Shown here one piece after another: positions 26,670 through 36,691 of a stretch of 64,000 bases of DNA; the stretch's first letter is position 1; each line of letters starts with the position of its first letter. A program made the position numbers and the translations under genes. This DNA is from an uncultured bacterium (GTDB lineage: Bacteria; Actinomycetota; Thermoleophilia; Solirubrobacterales; 70-9), in NCBI GenBank assembly GCA_963715405.1, contig OY970239.1, forward strand, positions 430,481-494,480, given 5' to 3'. A model generated the notes under the pieces. It was not told where the DNA came from and did not search any database. It worked only from the letters and a program-made list of their open reading frames with translations.

Positions 26670-28463
26670 GTGCCTTCGGAGTCCTCTCAGACGTCTCTTT
26701 ACCGCCGCCACCGGCCCCAGAGCTTCGCTCAGGTGGTTGGCCAGGAGCCGGTCGTGAGGACGCTTTCCAACGCGATCGAGCGCGACCGGGTGCACCACGC
26801 ATACCTCTTCGTGGGCTCGCGCGGCACCGGCAAGACCTCGATCGCAAAGATCCTCGCGCGCTCCCTCAACTGCGTCAACGGGCCCACTCTCGAGCCCTGT
26901 GGAACATGCGAGGCATGCGTATCCATCGCGGCGGGCACGTCACTCGACGTGATCGAGATGGACGCAGCGTCCAACCGCTCGGTCGACGACATCCGCGAGC
27001 TTCGCGACCGGGTCGGGTATGCGCCGGCGGCGGGCAAGTGGAAGGTCTACATCCTCGACGAGGCGCACATGCTCACGCGCGAGGCGTGGAACGCCTTCCT
27101 CAAGACGCTCGAAGAGCCGCCGCCCTCGACCGTGTTCGTACTCGCGACCACCGAGCCTCACAAGGTGATGCCGACGATCGTCGATCGCTGCCAGCGCTTC
27201 GACTTCGCTCGGCCCGCTCCGGCGCAGATCGCCGAGGTCATCCGGCGAGTCGCTCAAGCGGAGGAGATCGAGATCGACGATGGCGCGATCGCGGCGGTGG
27301 CTCGCTCTGCCACGGGAAGTTTCCGCGACGCGCTCGGCACCCTTGACCAGCTCGTCGCCTACGGGGGCAAGCGCATCCAGACCGATGACGTCCTCGCGGT
27401 TCTCGGCGTAGCCGATTCGGCCCTGATCCTGGCCGCCGCCGATGCGATTGCCGAAGGAAACGGGCGCGCGACCTTGGAGGCAAGCGAGGGGCTCGCCCGT
27501 TCGGGCCGTGACGTCGCCCAGTTCGGGCGAGACCTGCTCGCACACCTGCGCCAGCTCCTAATTATCCGCGCTGCGGGGGAGGAATTCGGCGATGGGCTCC
27601 AGGCCGCCGAGCCCGTCCGCATGCAGGCGCAGGCGGACTCGTTCACCGATCTGGGCCTGACCCGTGCGATCGACTCAATCTCGGCCGCGCTCACGGCGAT
27701 CCGCGAGGGCGACGAGCCGCGCATGACTATGGAGCTCGCGCTCCTTCGCGCCGCGCGCCCTCAGCTCGACCCTGGCCGCGAGGCGTTCGCGCAGCGCCTC
27801 GAGCGAGTCGAGCGGGCGCTTGAGGGGGGCGCGGGGTCAGACGCGCCCGCGGGGGCCGTGGGGTCAGAGCCTGAGGCCTCTGTGGGGTCAGACCCCTCGC
27901 CCGCGCCAGGAGAAGCTGACACCTCTGGAGTAGAGGGGTCAGACCCCGGCCCAGGCGCCGCGGGGTCAGACACTGGCCTCCGGGACCCGCAAGCGCTTGA
28001 GGCTCAAGCGCTTGATCTTGAGCGCTTGGTCGGTCTCTGGCCCGCCGTGATGGACCATGTCAAGTCTGGCTCGGAGCTACTTTCCCATGCCCTCTCCGTC
28101 GCCCGCCCGATTGCGGTGGATGTCGAGCAGGCGGTGGTGCAGGTCGGATTTCCGGTCGGAGCGGGCTTCAACAAGCGAAAGGCCGAGGCGGCGGAGGCGC
28201 GCGACAAGCTCGCCGACGCGGTCAAGACCATCGCCGGCGAGCGCCTCCGTCCCGTCTATGTTCTGATCGAGGGCTCCGACGCCGAGCCGGCGGCCCCCGA
28301 GGAGCCCGAGATGAGCGCGGACGAGGTCTTCGAGCACATAAAGGACGCGTTCGATGGCGTCGAGTACGACGTCACGTCTGCCGAGGGCGGCGACGCAGGG
28401 GCGCCAGGGATGGACGCCGGGCTCGATGCGAGCCCGGGAATCGACACCGGAGAGGCAGCGTAA
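26670..28463 (+). CDS. dnaX: DNA polymerase III subunit gamma/tau
   Basis: LYRRHRPQSFAQVVGQEPVV...HAYLFVGSRGTGKTSIAKILARSLNC (Walker A and zinc module CxxC), YILDEAHML. GTG start. Confidence 0.9.
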   Translation: MPSESSQTSLYRRHRPQSFAQVVGQEPVVRTLSNAIERDRVHHAYLFVGSRGTGKTSIAKILARSLNCVNGPTLEPCGTCEACVSIAAGTSLDVIEMDAASNRSVDDIRELRDRVGYAPAAGKWKVYILDEAHMLTREAWNAFLKTLEEPPPSTVFVLATTEPHKVMPTIVDRCQRFDFARPAPAQIAEVIRRVAQAEEIEIDDGAIAAVARSATGSFRDALGTLDQLVAYGGKRIQTDDVLAVLGVADSALILAAADAIAEGNGRATLEASEGLARSGRDVAQFGRDLLAHLRQLLIIRAAGEEFGDGLQAAEPVRMQAQADSFTDLGLTRAIDSISAALTAIREGDEPRMTMELALLRAARPQLDPGREAFAQRLERVERALEGGAGSDAPAGAVGSEPEASVGSDPSPAPGEADTSGVEGSDPGPGAAGSDTGLRDPQALEAQALDLERLVGLWPAVMDHVKSGSELLSHALSVARPIAVDVEQAVVQVGFPVGAGFNKRKAEAAEARDKLADAVKTIAGERLRPVYVLIEGSDAEPAAPEEPEMSADEVFEHIKDAFDGVEYDVTSAEGGDAGAPGMDAGLDASPGIDTGEAA

Positions 28464-28469
28464 ACACAC

Positions 28470-28835
28470 ATGGCTAGACCACAAGGCGGGCCCGGCGGGC
28501 TCGATCTGAACGCGATGATGAAGCAGGTCCAGCAGATGCAGACCGAGATGACCGAAGCGCAGGAGCAGCTGAAGTCCGAAGAGGTCGAGGCGAGCGCCGG
28601 CGGGGGCATGGTGAAGGTAAAGGTCTCAGGCGACATGCGGCTCCTCTCGGTCACAATCGACCCGGAGGCGATCGACCCCGAAGACCCGGAGCTCCTTCAG
28701 GACATGATCCTCGCCGCTGTGAACGAAGGCATCCGGGCGGCGCAAGAGCTCGCCTCCACCAGGCTCGGCGGCATCGCAGGCGGCGTAGGCGGGCCCGGCG
28801 GCGGGCTCGGCGGGCTCGGTCTGCCGGGGATGTAG
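28470..28835 (+). CDS. ybaB: YbaB/EbfC family nucleoid-associated protein
   Basis: MMKQVQQMQTEMTEAQEQLKSEEVEASAGGGMVKVKVSGDMRLLSVTIDPEAIDPEDPELLQDMILAAVNEG, at the conserved position between dnaX and recR. Confidence 0.9.
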   Translation: MARPQGGPGGLDLNAMMKQVQQMQTEMTEAQEQLKSEEVEASAGGGMVKVKVSGDMRLLSVTIDPEAIDPEDPELLQDMILAAVNEGIRAAQELASTRLGGIAGGVGGPGGGLGGLGLPGM

Positions 28836-28851
28836 GCAAAGCGAGCGAGGC

Positions 28852-29445
28852 TTGTACGCCCAGCCGATTCAGCGGCTGATCGCTGAGATGGCGAAGCTGC
28901 CCGGCATCGGGCAGCGGACCGCCCAGCGACTCGCCTTCCACGTCCTGCGCGCGACGGACGACGACGCGCTTGCGCTGGCGGACGCGATCCGGGAAGTGAA
29001 GGCAAAGGTCGGCTTGTGCGAGGTCTGCTTCAACCTCTCAGAGGGCCCGCGCTGCAACATTTGCGAGGACGCTCGGCGCGACGCCGAGGTGATCTGCGTC
29101 GTCGAGGAGCCGCAGGACGTGATCCCGATCGAGCGGACGCACGAGTTCCGCGGTCTCTACCACGTTCTCGGGGGAGCGCTTTCGCCGATCGACGGGATCG
29201 ACCCGGAAGACCTCAAGATCTCAGAGCTCGTGCGCCGCATCGAAGCCGGCGGAGTCTCGGAGGTCGTCCTCGCCACCAACCCGACGACGACCGGCGAGGC
29301 GACGGCGATCCACATCGCTGAGCTTCTGCGCGACAAGGCTCAGGTGACCCGCCTTGCCAGCGGCCTCCCCGTCGGAGCCGATCTCGAGCACGCGGACGAG
29401 GTGACGCTGGGCCGCGCCTTCGTGGGCCGGCGCTCGCTCGACTGA
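28852..29445 (+). CDS. recR: Recombination protein RecR
   Basis: LIAEMAKLPGIGQRTAQRLAFHVL (HhH), zinc finger CEVCFNLSEGPRCNIC, and a Toprim domain. TTG start. Confidence 0.9.
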   Translation: MYAQPIQRLIAEMAKLPGIGQRTAQRLAFHVLRATDDDALALADAIREVKAKVGLCEVCFNLSEGPRCNICEDARRDAEVICVVEEPQDVIPIERTHEFRGLYHVLGGALSPIDGIDPEDLKISELVRRIEAGGVSEVVLATNPTTTGEATAIHIAELLRDKAQVTRLASGLPVGADLEHADEVTLGRAFVGRRSLD

Positions 29446-29484
29446 ACCCAGCTCGCCTAATCTTCTCCGCGAGCGTCCCACACT

Positions 29485-29500
29485 GGGCGCTATAGCGCCC
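29485..29500. terminator. GC hairpin between convergent recR and ester-cyclase genes
   Basis: GGGCGC-TATA-GCGCCC is a perfect palindrome, 40 nt after the recR stop. There is no obvious U tract. Confidence 0.35.
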
Positions 29501-29518
29501 CATGCGGGACGTCCGCCG

Positions 29519-29944
29519 CTAGAGCAGGCCGACCTGGCGCAGGATGGACACCGAGTCGGAATAGACGTCCTTGCGCTCGATCAAGCCGTCTTGGGAGAAC
29601 GGGATCACGTCGAGGCCCTTCCACTCAATGCGCTGGTTCGTCGGTTCGGCAACCAGGTCGCCTCGCCGCATCGGGGCCGTATGGGTTCCGCTCGCCGTCC
29701 ACTCCTGGACGACTAAGCCGTCTCGCACGTAGAGCCTCCGCGTGGTGAAGGCCAGGTCGGGCCAGCTCTCGAAGATCGAGGCGATGTGGCCGCGGACCGC
29801 GTCGCCTTGTGCCATCTCGCCTGCCGTGTGGTTCTCGAAGACCATGTCGGGTGCATGCAGCGCCATGATCGCGTCCAGGTCATGGGAGTTCCACGCCTCG
29901 TTGTAGCGCCCGATCGTCTCCTCCAGCGATCCGGTCACGCCCAC
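29519..29944 (-). CDS. SnoaL-like ester cyclase / NTF2 superfamily protein
   Basis: 141 aa; IGRYNEAWNSHDLDAIMALHAPDMVFENH...WTASGTHTAPM...IEWKGLDVIPF. Confidence 0.7.
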   Translation of the reverse strand: MGVTGSLEETIGRYNEAWNSHDLDAIMALHAPDMVFENHTAGEMAQGDAVRGHIASIFESWPDLAFTTRRLYVRDGLVVQEWTASGTHTAPMRRGDLVAEPTNQRIEWKGLDVIPFSQDGLIERKDVYSDSVSILRQVGLL

Positions 29945-30300
29945 TCCATCGGCTCGTAGCCGCTCGAGCGCGGAGCCGAGGCGATCAGGACCTTGACGGG
30001 GCCGGCGCCGTCGTTTCGTACCGTCCGTTTGGGTTCCGGGTCGAGCCTGGCAAACGTGCCCGTGGGCAGGGGGTGATCGTTGCCGTCGATCACTAGCGTC
30101 GCATCGCCTTCGATGACGAAGAAGAGCTCCTCCTGGTCGCGATCGGTCTCGTCGTGCTCCGGAATCTGTTCTCCGGGTGCGATCTCAACCACGTTCACGC
30201 CGAACGAGTTGAGCCCTAGCGTCCGGCGAGCGAGCGACCAGTTCCCGGTCCGCTCCAGATCATTCAGGTGCGCGATCTTGAAGGCATCGTCCGCGCTCAT
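29935..30300 (-). CDS. Cupin domain protein
   Basis: 121 aa; VVEIAPGEQIPEHDETDRDQEELFFVIEGDATLVIDGNDHPLPTGTF is a two-motif cupin pattern. It overlaps the downstream gene by 10 nt. Confidence 0.7.
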   Translation of the reverse strand: MSADDAFKIAHLNDLERTGNWSLARRTLGLNSFGVNVVEIAPGEQIPEHDETDRDQEELFFVIEGDATLVIDGNDHPLPTGTFARLDPEPKRTVRNDGAGPVKVLIASAPRSSGYEPMEWA

Positions 30301-30334
30301 TACAGCCGGACGGTACAGCGACGAGGCGGGAACT

Positions 30335-32437
30335 TCAACCTTCGCTAAAACCGAAGCGGGCGTGAAGGCGGCGGAGCGGAGCCGGCGCCCACCAGTTCCA
30401 GCGACCGAGCAGTTCCATCAGGGACGGGACGAGCAGGGCGCGGATGATCGTCGCGTCGATCAAGACGGCGAGCGCGGTCCCCAACCCGACCTGCTTGATG
30501 AAGATGATCTCCGACGTCACGAACGAGCCGATCGCGATGCAGAAGAGAAGCGCCGCCGCCGTGACGATGCGGCCCGTTCGCTCGAGGCCGATCGCCACCG
30601 ACTCGGAATCCGAGGCGCCGCCGTCGCGCGCCTCCTTGATGCGGGAGAGAAGAAAGACCCCGTAGTCGGTCGAGAGGCCGAAGGCCACGGCGAAAAGCAG
30701 CAGGGGCTGAGTCGATTCGAGTCCCCCGTCACTCTCGTAGCCGAGGAGGCCCTCGAAGCGACCGTCCTGAAAGATCAGGACGAGGATCCCGAAGACCGCG
30801 CTCAGCCCGAGGAGGTTCATGACGAGCTGCTTCACCGGCAGGACGACCGAGCCCGTCATGAGGAAGAGAACGACGAGCGTCACCATCCCCACGATCGCCA
30901 GCACCAGTGGCAGGTGCTCGCCGAGGCTCTCCTGGAGGTCCACGAAGTTGGCCGTGACGCCCGTAACGAGGACGCCGTCGATCTCGCGCAGGGAAGCGAC
31001 GAGGTCCAGGCTTCGCTCGTCAAGCGGCGCCCTGGCCGAAACGACCTCGATCACCCACACTCCGTTGTCGAGCTCGACCTCGGGCAGGACCTCGGCGACG
31101 CCGTCGAGCCTTCTGGCCTCGGCGGCAACCGCCTCTGCTTCTGCTTCCCGCCCGGAGCCCTCGAAATAGAGCTGCGATGGAGAATCGCGAAACGGGGGGA
31201 ACTCAGCGCGAAGCTCGTTGTCGACCATCCGAGCGGACGTGTCTTCGGGCAGGGTCTGTGCGTCAACCGAGGTGAAGTTGATGCCGAAGAAGGGGATGCC
31301 GAGGGCGATCAGGAAGGCCGCGCTGGCGAGCGCGATCCGGCCCGGGACTCGCATAACCGTGCGGGAGAGCCGGTACCAAAAGCCCTCGGTGGCCGGCCGC
31401 GAGTCCGCCTCGGCACGGCGCTGGAGGAACTTGGGGGAGAGCGAGTTAACGCGCTCGCCGAGCAGCGCGAGCAATGCGGGCAGGACGGTCAGCGAGATCA
31501 CGGCCGCGGCAAGCGCGACGAGGGCGCCGCCGATGCCCATCGAGTAGAGGAAGCGCTGCGGAAACACGGCGAGCGCGGCGAGTGCGCCGGCGACCGTGAT
31601 CGACGAGTATGCGACGGTGCGCCCCGCCGTCGCCATCGTGCGTCTGAGCGCCGCCATCCCCGCTCCCGTCCTCGCAATCTCCTCGCGGTAGCGCGAGACG
31701 ACGAAGAGGCTGTAGTCGATCGCGAGGCCAAGGCCGAGGCCCGTGACCAGGTTGAGAGCGAAGATCGAGATGGATCCCAGTTCGCTCGCGACGGTCAAGA
31801 GCAGGAAGGTCGAGACGATCGCAAGGCCGCCTATCAGGAGCGGCAGAGCCGCTGCGACCAGGCTGCGGAAGAAGAGGAGCGAGAGCAGGAAGAGGATGGG
31901 GAAGGCGAAGAGCTCCGCTCGCTGGAGGTCCGATTCGACGTTCTCGTTGATCTGCTGCTGGGCGACGGCGTTGCCGCCGACGAGGACACCTTCCTCTTCT
32001 TCGAGCTCCGAGACGAGCTGCTCTCCCGCCTCCTGGGTCTCGTCATCCTCAGTCGCGTCGAGCTGGACCGAGAGGTAGGTGGACTTCCCGTCATCGGAGA
32101 CAAAGGCTCGCGACTCGGTATTGAGAAAGCCGGTGGTCCTGCGTACGCCTTCGATGGCGGCGACCTGGTCCGAGACCTCGGCTACACGCTCAGCTCCCTC
32201 CTCGGTCTTTAGGTCGACGTCAGAGATGAGGACGACCGCCTGCGGTTCGCGGTAGCCCGCCGCCTCTAGCTTCGTCTTCGCGATGAACGACTCCTTGTCC
32301 GGATCGTCGGCCCCGTAGGGATCAAGCCTGTCCGCGACCCCGGACCCAAGCACGCCGGCGAGGACGAAGAAGACGCCGGCGAAGATGAGCACGCGCTTGG
32401 GGTGGCCGCCTGCGAGGTTTGCGAGCCGGTCGAGCAT
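30335..32437 (-). CDS. MMPL family (RND superfamily) membrane transporter
   Basis: From MLDRLANLAGGHPKRVLIFAGVFFVLAGV; MMPL motifs GLAIDYSLFVVSRYREE and GLSTDYGVFLLSRIKEA. The ATG at 32437 overlaps the PadR stop (ATGA). Confidence 0.9.
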   Translation of the reverse strand: MLDRLANLAGGHPKRVLIFAGVFFVLAGVLGSGVADRLDPYGADDPDKESFIAKTKLEAAGYREPQAVVLISDVDLKTEEGAERVAEVSDQVAAIEGVRRTTGFLNTESRAFVSDDGKSTYLSVQLDATEDDETQEAGEQLVSELEEEEGVLVGGNAVAQQQINENVESDLQRAELFAFPILFLLSLLFFRSLVAAALPLLIGGLAIVSTFLLLTVASELGSISIFALNLVTGLGLGLAIDYSLFVVSRYREEIARTGAGMAALRRTMATAGRTVAYSSITVAGALAALAVFPQRFLYSMGIGGALVALAAAVISLTVLPALLALLGERVNSLSPKFLQRRAEADSRPATEGFWYRLSRTVMRVPGRIALASAAFLIALGIPFFGINFTSVDAQTLPEDTSARMVDNELRAEFPPFRDSPSQLYFEGSGREAEAEAVAAEARRLDGVAEVLPEVELDNGVWVIEVVSARAPLDERSLDLVASLREIDGVLVTGVTANFVDLQESLGEHLPLVLAIVGMVTLVVLFLMTGSVVLPVKQLVMNLLGLSAVFGILVLIFQDGRFEGLLGYESDGGLESTQPLLLFAVAFGLSTDYGVFLLSRIKEARDGGASDSESVAIGLERTGRIVTAAALLFCIAIGSFVTSEIIFIKQVGLGTALAVLIDATIIRALLVPSLMELLGRWNWWAPAPLRRLHARFGFSEG

Positions 32438-32973
32438 CAGCTTGCGTCCTTTCGTTCGTCCAGCTCTTTGAGGGCTCCCTCGCACCAATCGGCCGCGAAC
32501 TCGTTGTAGGCCATGCCGTAGCGCAGGACCATGAGCGGCCCGAATTCGTCGGAGGCGGCGGCGAGCGGCTCGATCTCGCGGAATCGCTTCTGCGCGTCTT
32601 GGTGCGATTCGCGCTTGGCCTCAAGCACCTCGACGAGCTCCTTCACCGACGCCTGGCCCGAGAAGAAGAGCTTCAGAAGGGCTTCGTCGCGGAGCTCGTG
32701 GGTCAACTCGCCCGTGGCCATCCAATCGCTGAGGGCTTTTCGGCCGGCGGAGGTGATCGAGTACACGGTGCGAGGGCGGTCACCCTGCGATTCGTCAGAG
32801 CCCTCGATAAGGCCCCGCTCGGCGAGGCGCTTCAGCTCCGGATAGATCTGCCCGTAGCTGGCGGCCCAGAAGAACCGGGTCGACTTGTCAACCATCGCCT
32901 TGATGTCGTAGCCCGATCGTGGCTCGCTGGCGATAAACCCGAGGATGACCCGTCCTGTCGCCGAAAGCTCCAT
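32437..32973 (-). CDS. PadR family transcriptional regulator
   Basis: LGFIASEPRSGYDIKAMVDKSTRFFWAASYGQIYPELKRLAERGLIEG is the PadR wHTH signature. It is translationally coupled to the MMPL gene. Confidence 0.85.
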   Translation of the reverse strand: MELSATGRVILGFIASEPRSGYDIKAMVDKSTRFFWAASYGQIYPELKRLAERGLIEGSDESQGDRPRTVYSITSAGRKALSDWMATGELTHELRDEALLKLFFSGQASVKELVEVLEAKRESHQDAQKRFREIEPLAAASDEFGPLMVLRYGMAYNEFAADWCEGALKELDERKDAS

Positions 32974-33072
32974 CTATCGACAAGATGTATCACATAGATA
33001 TATACGGCAGTGTGATTGCGCTCACAGAGCGATCTGAGGCAATCAGGGCCCAAGGGGTGGTCCCGAATTGCC

Positions 33073-34214
33073 TCAGTTCGCGTCGTCCACCAGCCCGAGC
33101 TCTCGCTTGAGCTCGATCACGCGCTCGGCGGCTTCGGCAAGTCGCTCGGGTTCGACCTGCCGCGTCATCACGGCTTCGGTGAGAGCCTTCGCGACTCCGT
33201 CCGCTTCTGAGGGCGAGGAGATCTGGATCAGGTCGATCCCCGCCTCGAGCGCGGCGACAGCCGCATCGGGCGTGGAGTAGTTGGCCTGGACGGCGCCCGC
33301 GGCGAGATCGTCCGAGATCGCGACACCCTTGAATCCGACGTCGTCGCGAAGGAGGCCAGTGGCGACTCCAGGCGTGAGGGCTCCGGGGACGACAGCGTCG
33401 AAGTCCGGATACAGGGCGAGCGAGATGACCATGGCGGGCGCCGCTTTTGCCGCTCCGAACGGCGTGAGATCATGCGAGACCAGCGTTGCGAGATCGGTGA
33501 CGACCGTCGCCGGCCCTACTGCCGTGTCCTGCGAGGCCGAGCCGAGGCCGGGGAAGTGAGCGGGTGCACAGGCAAGCTCGGCGGCCTCGCAGCCCTCGAG
33601 CGCCTCGGCGGTCAGCTCGAGCACCACCGCCGGGTCGTCTGAGAAGGCGCGCCCCGCAAGCGGGCTGTTGAGGTTCGCGACGTCCGCCACCGGAAAGAGG
33701 TTGAGGTGAAAGCCGGCATCGCGAAGCACCACGGAGGCGCCCTTCGCCCAGGCCTCGGCGGCACCGGTCTCGTCCTTGCGAGCGACGTCGAGCGCGCGAT
33801 CCGCGGGCGGCAGGTCTTCGATCGAGCGGTACGGCCCCCCCTCCTGCGAGACCGCGACAAGCGGCGGGATCTCGCTGTCCGCGCCGAGCTCCGCGAGCAG
33901 TTTCTTGCCGGCATCCGTGCCAGTCCAGTTCTCGCTCCGGACGAGGAGCGCGCCCGGTGCCTCCTGGGCGAGCTCTTTGACTTCAGGGTCATTGGGCGCC
34001 GCGCCCTCGAAGCCCAGCATCAAGATCTGCGAGACCTGCTCTTCGGTCGAGAGATCGCGCACGAGCGGGTCGTCAGATATCGGTTTCTCCCGCTTCTCCT
34101 CTTCCGCCGGTTCGGCGCCCCCTCGGAGCCACCGTCCTCGTTCGTGTCGCGGATGAACAAGAACCATGCTCCGGCCGCGAGCGCCAGGACGAGCACCAGG
34201 GCGGCGATCCTCAT
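33073..34214 (-). pseudogene. Glycoside hydrolase family 3 (NagZ-like) protein, frame interrupted between signal anchor and catalytic domain
   Basis: The GH3 N-terminal domain is in frame 33073..34167 (QILMLGFEG..., KHFPGLG-type AHFPGLGSASQDT). A strong signal/TM N-terminus ([21 protein letters not shown]) sits in the adjacent frame. The two frames meet at a C5 run at 34118-34122. Confidence 0.7.
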
Positions 34215-34294
34215 CGCTCGTGATCTCAGGCTGGGGAGGGGCATGGCCTGATTATCCTCGGGCGAGTGAGACTTGTCGCCACCCAGGTGTTCGC

Positions 34295-35566
34295 ATGAGC
34301 GAGATCGTGGTCATGAAGTTCGGTGGCACGTCGGTTGCCGGGCCCGAGGACCTGAGGCGCGCCGCCGCGCGGATCGTGGCCGCTCGCGAGGCTGGAAGCC
34401 GCGTTGTCGCCGTCCTCTCGGCGCGCGGGAAGACGACGGACGAGCTGGTCGAGATGGCGCACGAGATCTCACCGCGCCCGTACGAGCGTGAGATGGACAT
34501 GCTGCTCTCGGTCGGCGAGCGCATCTCGTGCGCGCTTTGTGCGATGGCCATTCATGACATGGGCCACGACGCCGTCTCGCTGACGGGCTCTCAGGCAGGG
34601 ATCGTCACCGACTCGTCCCACACGAAGGCGCGCATCCTCGAAGTGCGCGCCGACCGTATCCGCGCCGCGCTCGAGGAAGACCGGATCGTCCTCGTGGCCG
34701 GCTTTCAAGGCGTCTCGGGCGACTCGCGCGACGTCACGACCTTGGGCCGCGGAGGCTCCGACACGACTGCCGTAGCCCTTGCCGCCGCCCTGGGAGCGAC
34801 GGTCTGCGAGATCAACACGGACGTAGCGGGCGTCTTTACCGCCGATCCGCGGATCTGCCCCGATGCGACCAAGCTCAGCCTCGTCTCCTTCGATGAGATG
34901 CTCGAGATGGCAGCGTCGGGCGCCGGCGTCCTTCAGCTTCGCTCAGTCGAATACGCGCGAAACCACGGAGTTCGCATCCACTGCCGAAGCTCTTTCGAGG
35001 AGGGCCGGGGTACCCTCGTCGTCTCAGAGGACGAGACGATGGAACGCCCGATGGTCACAGCCGTAACGCACACCTCGTCCGAGGGCCGGGTGACTGTCTC
35101 GGGCGTCTCCGACGAGCCGGGCGTCGCGGGCCGCATCTTCAACGCGCTCGCGGCTGCGAACGTGAACGTCGACATGATCATCCAGAACGAGCCGGTTACC
35201 GACGACCAGAAGGCAGACCTTTCGTTCACGGTCGGGCGCGACGAGCTCAGCGCCGCTACCGAGGCGATCGAAGCCCTCGGCGTCGGCGAGCGCGTCCTGG
35301 CGGACGATCGGATCGGAAAGGTTTCGATTGTCGGTGCCGGCATGCGCAGCCACCCCGGCGTCGCGGCGAAAGTCTTCGAGACCCTCGGCGAGCAGGGGAT
35401 CAACATCGAAATGATCTCGACCTCGCCGATCAAGATCTCTTGCGTGATCTCCGCCGATCAGGTATCCGATGCGGTGCGCGCTCTTCACACCACGTTCGAC
35501 CTCGGCGACGGCGGCATCCAGCCCGAGGACCCCACTGGAGTCCACCGGCCCACCGTCGCGTCGTGA
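34295..35566 (+). CDS. lysC: Aspartate kinase
   Basis: [24 protein letters not shown]...; two C-terminal ACT domains. The upstream part of the track ORF is read-through. Confidence 0.9.
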   Translation: MSEIVVMKFGGTSVAGPEDLRRAAARIVAAREAGSRVVAVLSARGKTTDELVEMAHEISPRPYEREMDMLLSVGERISCALCAMAIHDMGHDAVSLTGSQAGIVTDSSHTKARILEVRADRIRAALEEDRIVLVAGFQGVSGDSRDVTTLGRGGSDTTAVALAAALGATVCEINTDVAGVFTADPRICPDATKLSLVSFDEMLEMAASGAGVLQLRSVEYARNHGVRIHCRSSFEEGRGTLVVSEDETMERPMVTAVTHTSSEGRVTVSGVSDEPGVAGRIFNALAAANVNVDMIIQNEPVTDDQKADLSFTVGRDELSAATEAIEALGVGERVLADDRIGKVSIVGAGMRSHPGVAAKVFETLGEQGINIEMISTSPIKISCVISADQVSDAVRALHTTFDLGDGGIQPEDPTGVHRPTVAS

Positions 35567-36612
35567 GCTACCGGGTCGGCGTCTTGGGCGCGACGGGCGC
35601 CGTCGGCTCGACGATCCTCCAAGTGATCGCCGAGCGGGAGTTTCCGGTCTCAGAGCTCGTACCACTCGCCTCGAGCCGCTCGGCTGGGCGCCGCGTCAAG
35701 TTCGGGATGGAGCAAGTCGTGGTAGTCGAGGTGGCCGATGAGTCGATCCAGGGGCTCGACCTCGTCCTGAGCTCGGCGGGCGGGGCGGTTTCGGCCGAGT
35801 GGGCGCCGAAGATGGTCGAGGCGGGAGCGGTCGTGGTGGACAACACGAGCTACTGGCGGATGCATCCCGACGTCCCGCTCGTCGTATCCGAGGTGAACCC
35901 CGACGCGGTTTCAGACCACTCGGGCCTGATCGCGAATCCGAACTGCACGACGATGCAGATGATGGTCGCGCTCGCGCCGATCCAGCGCGAGATCGGAATC
36001 GAGAGGCTTGTTGTCTCGACTTACCAATCGGTCTCGGGCACGGGGCAGAAGGCGGTCGACGAGCTCTTGGAGCAATCACGGGCCGTCCTTAACGGCGAGA
36101 CGCCCGAGGCTCACGTCTATCCGCACCCGATCGCGTTCAACGTGGTCCCTCAGGTCGAATCCTTCAAGGACGGGGACGACTACACGACCGAGGAGCGGAA
36201 GGTGATGGCGGAGACCTCGAAGATCCTCGGCGTCGGCCCGGACAAGCTTCGCGTGTCAGCGACCTGCGCGCGCGTGCCCGTCGTCACGGGCCACTCGGTC
36301 TCGGCGAACGTCCAGACCGCCAAGGACTTCAGCCCCGAGGAGTGCCGCGAGCTCCTCGCGGGCGCACCCGGCGTCGTAGTCATGGACTCGCCCGAAGCGG
36401 GCGTCTATCCCCTGGCGACCGATGTCGCCGGGCAGGACGAGGTGCTGGTCGGGCGGATCCGGCGTGATCCCTCGCACGATCGGTGCCTCAACATGTGGAT
36501 CGTCGGCGACAACCTTCGCAAGGGCGCCGCGACCAACGCGGTGCAGGTCGCCGAGCTCCTCGCCGAGCGCGACCTGGTGCGCGTCCCGGCGGGCGCCGCG
36601 GCCCTCAGCTGA
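35563..36612 (+). CDS. asd: Aspartate-semialdehyde dehydrogenase
   Basis: GTG at 35563 overlaps the lysC stop (GTGA). [24 protein letters not shown]..., active-site [13 protein letters not shown]. Confidence 0.9.
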   Translation: MSYRVGVLGATGAVGSTILQVIAEREFPVSELVPLASSRSAGRRVKFGMEQVVVVEVADESIQGLDLVLSSAGGAVSAEWAPKMVEAGAVVVDNTSYWRMHPDVPLVVSEVNPDAVSDHSGLIANPNCTTMQMMVALAPIQREIGIERLVVSTYQSVSGTGQKAVDELLEQSRAVLNGETPEAHVYPHPIAFNVVPQVESFKDGDDYTTEERKVMAETSKILGVGPDKLRVSATCARVPVVTGHSVSANVQTAKDFSPEECRELLAGAPGVVVMDSPEAGVYPLATDVAGQDEVLVGRIRRDPSHDRCLNMWIVGDNLRKGAATNAVQVAELLAERDLVRVPAGAAALS

Positions 36613-36691
36613 GCCCCACTGGTCGACGTTATCGGCGCAGGGGACGCCTTACGTCGACCACTTCGCCTTGCCCGGCGCATAGCCTTGCCTG

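Noticed and set aside
26670-28463. Programmed ribosomal frameshift in dnaX (gamma/tau)
   Set aside because: I found no A-rich slippery heptamer with a downstream hairpin in the expected region, and nothing in the sequence requires a frameshift.
30080-32212. 710-aa plus-strand ORF
   Set aside because: It lies antisense to the MMPL transporter gene, which has clear family motifs. Its translation is dominated by Arg/Asp/Glu/Gly with no recognisable domain.
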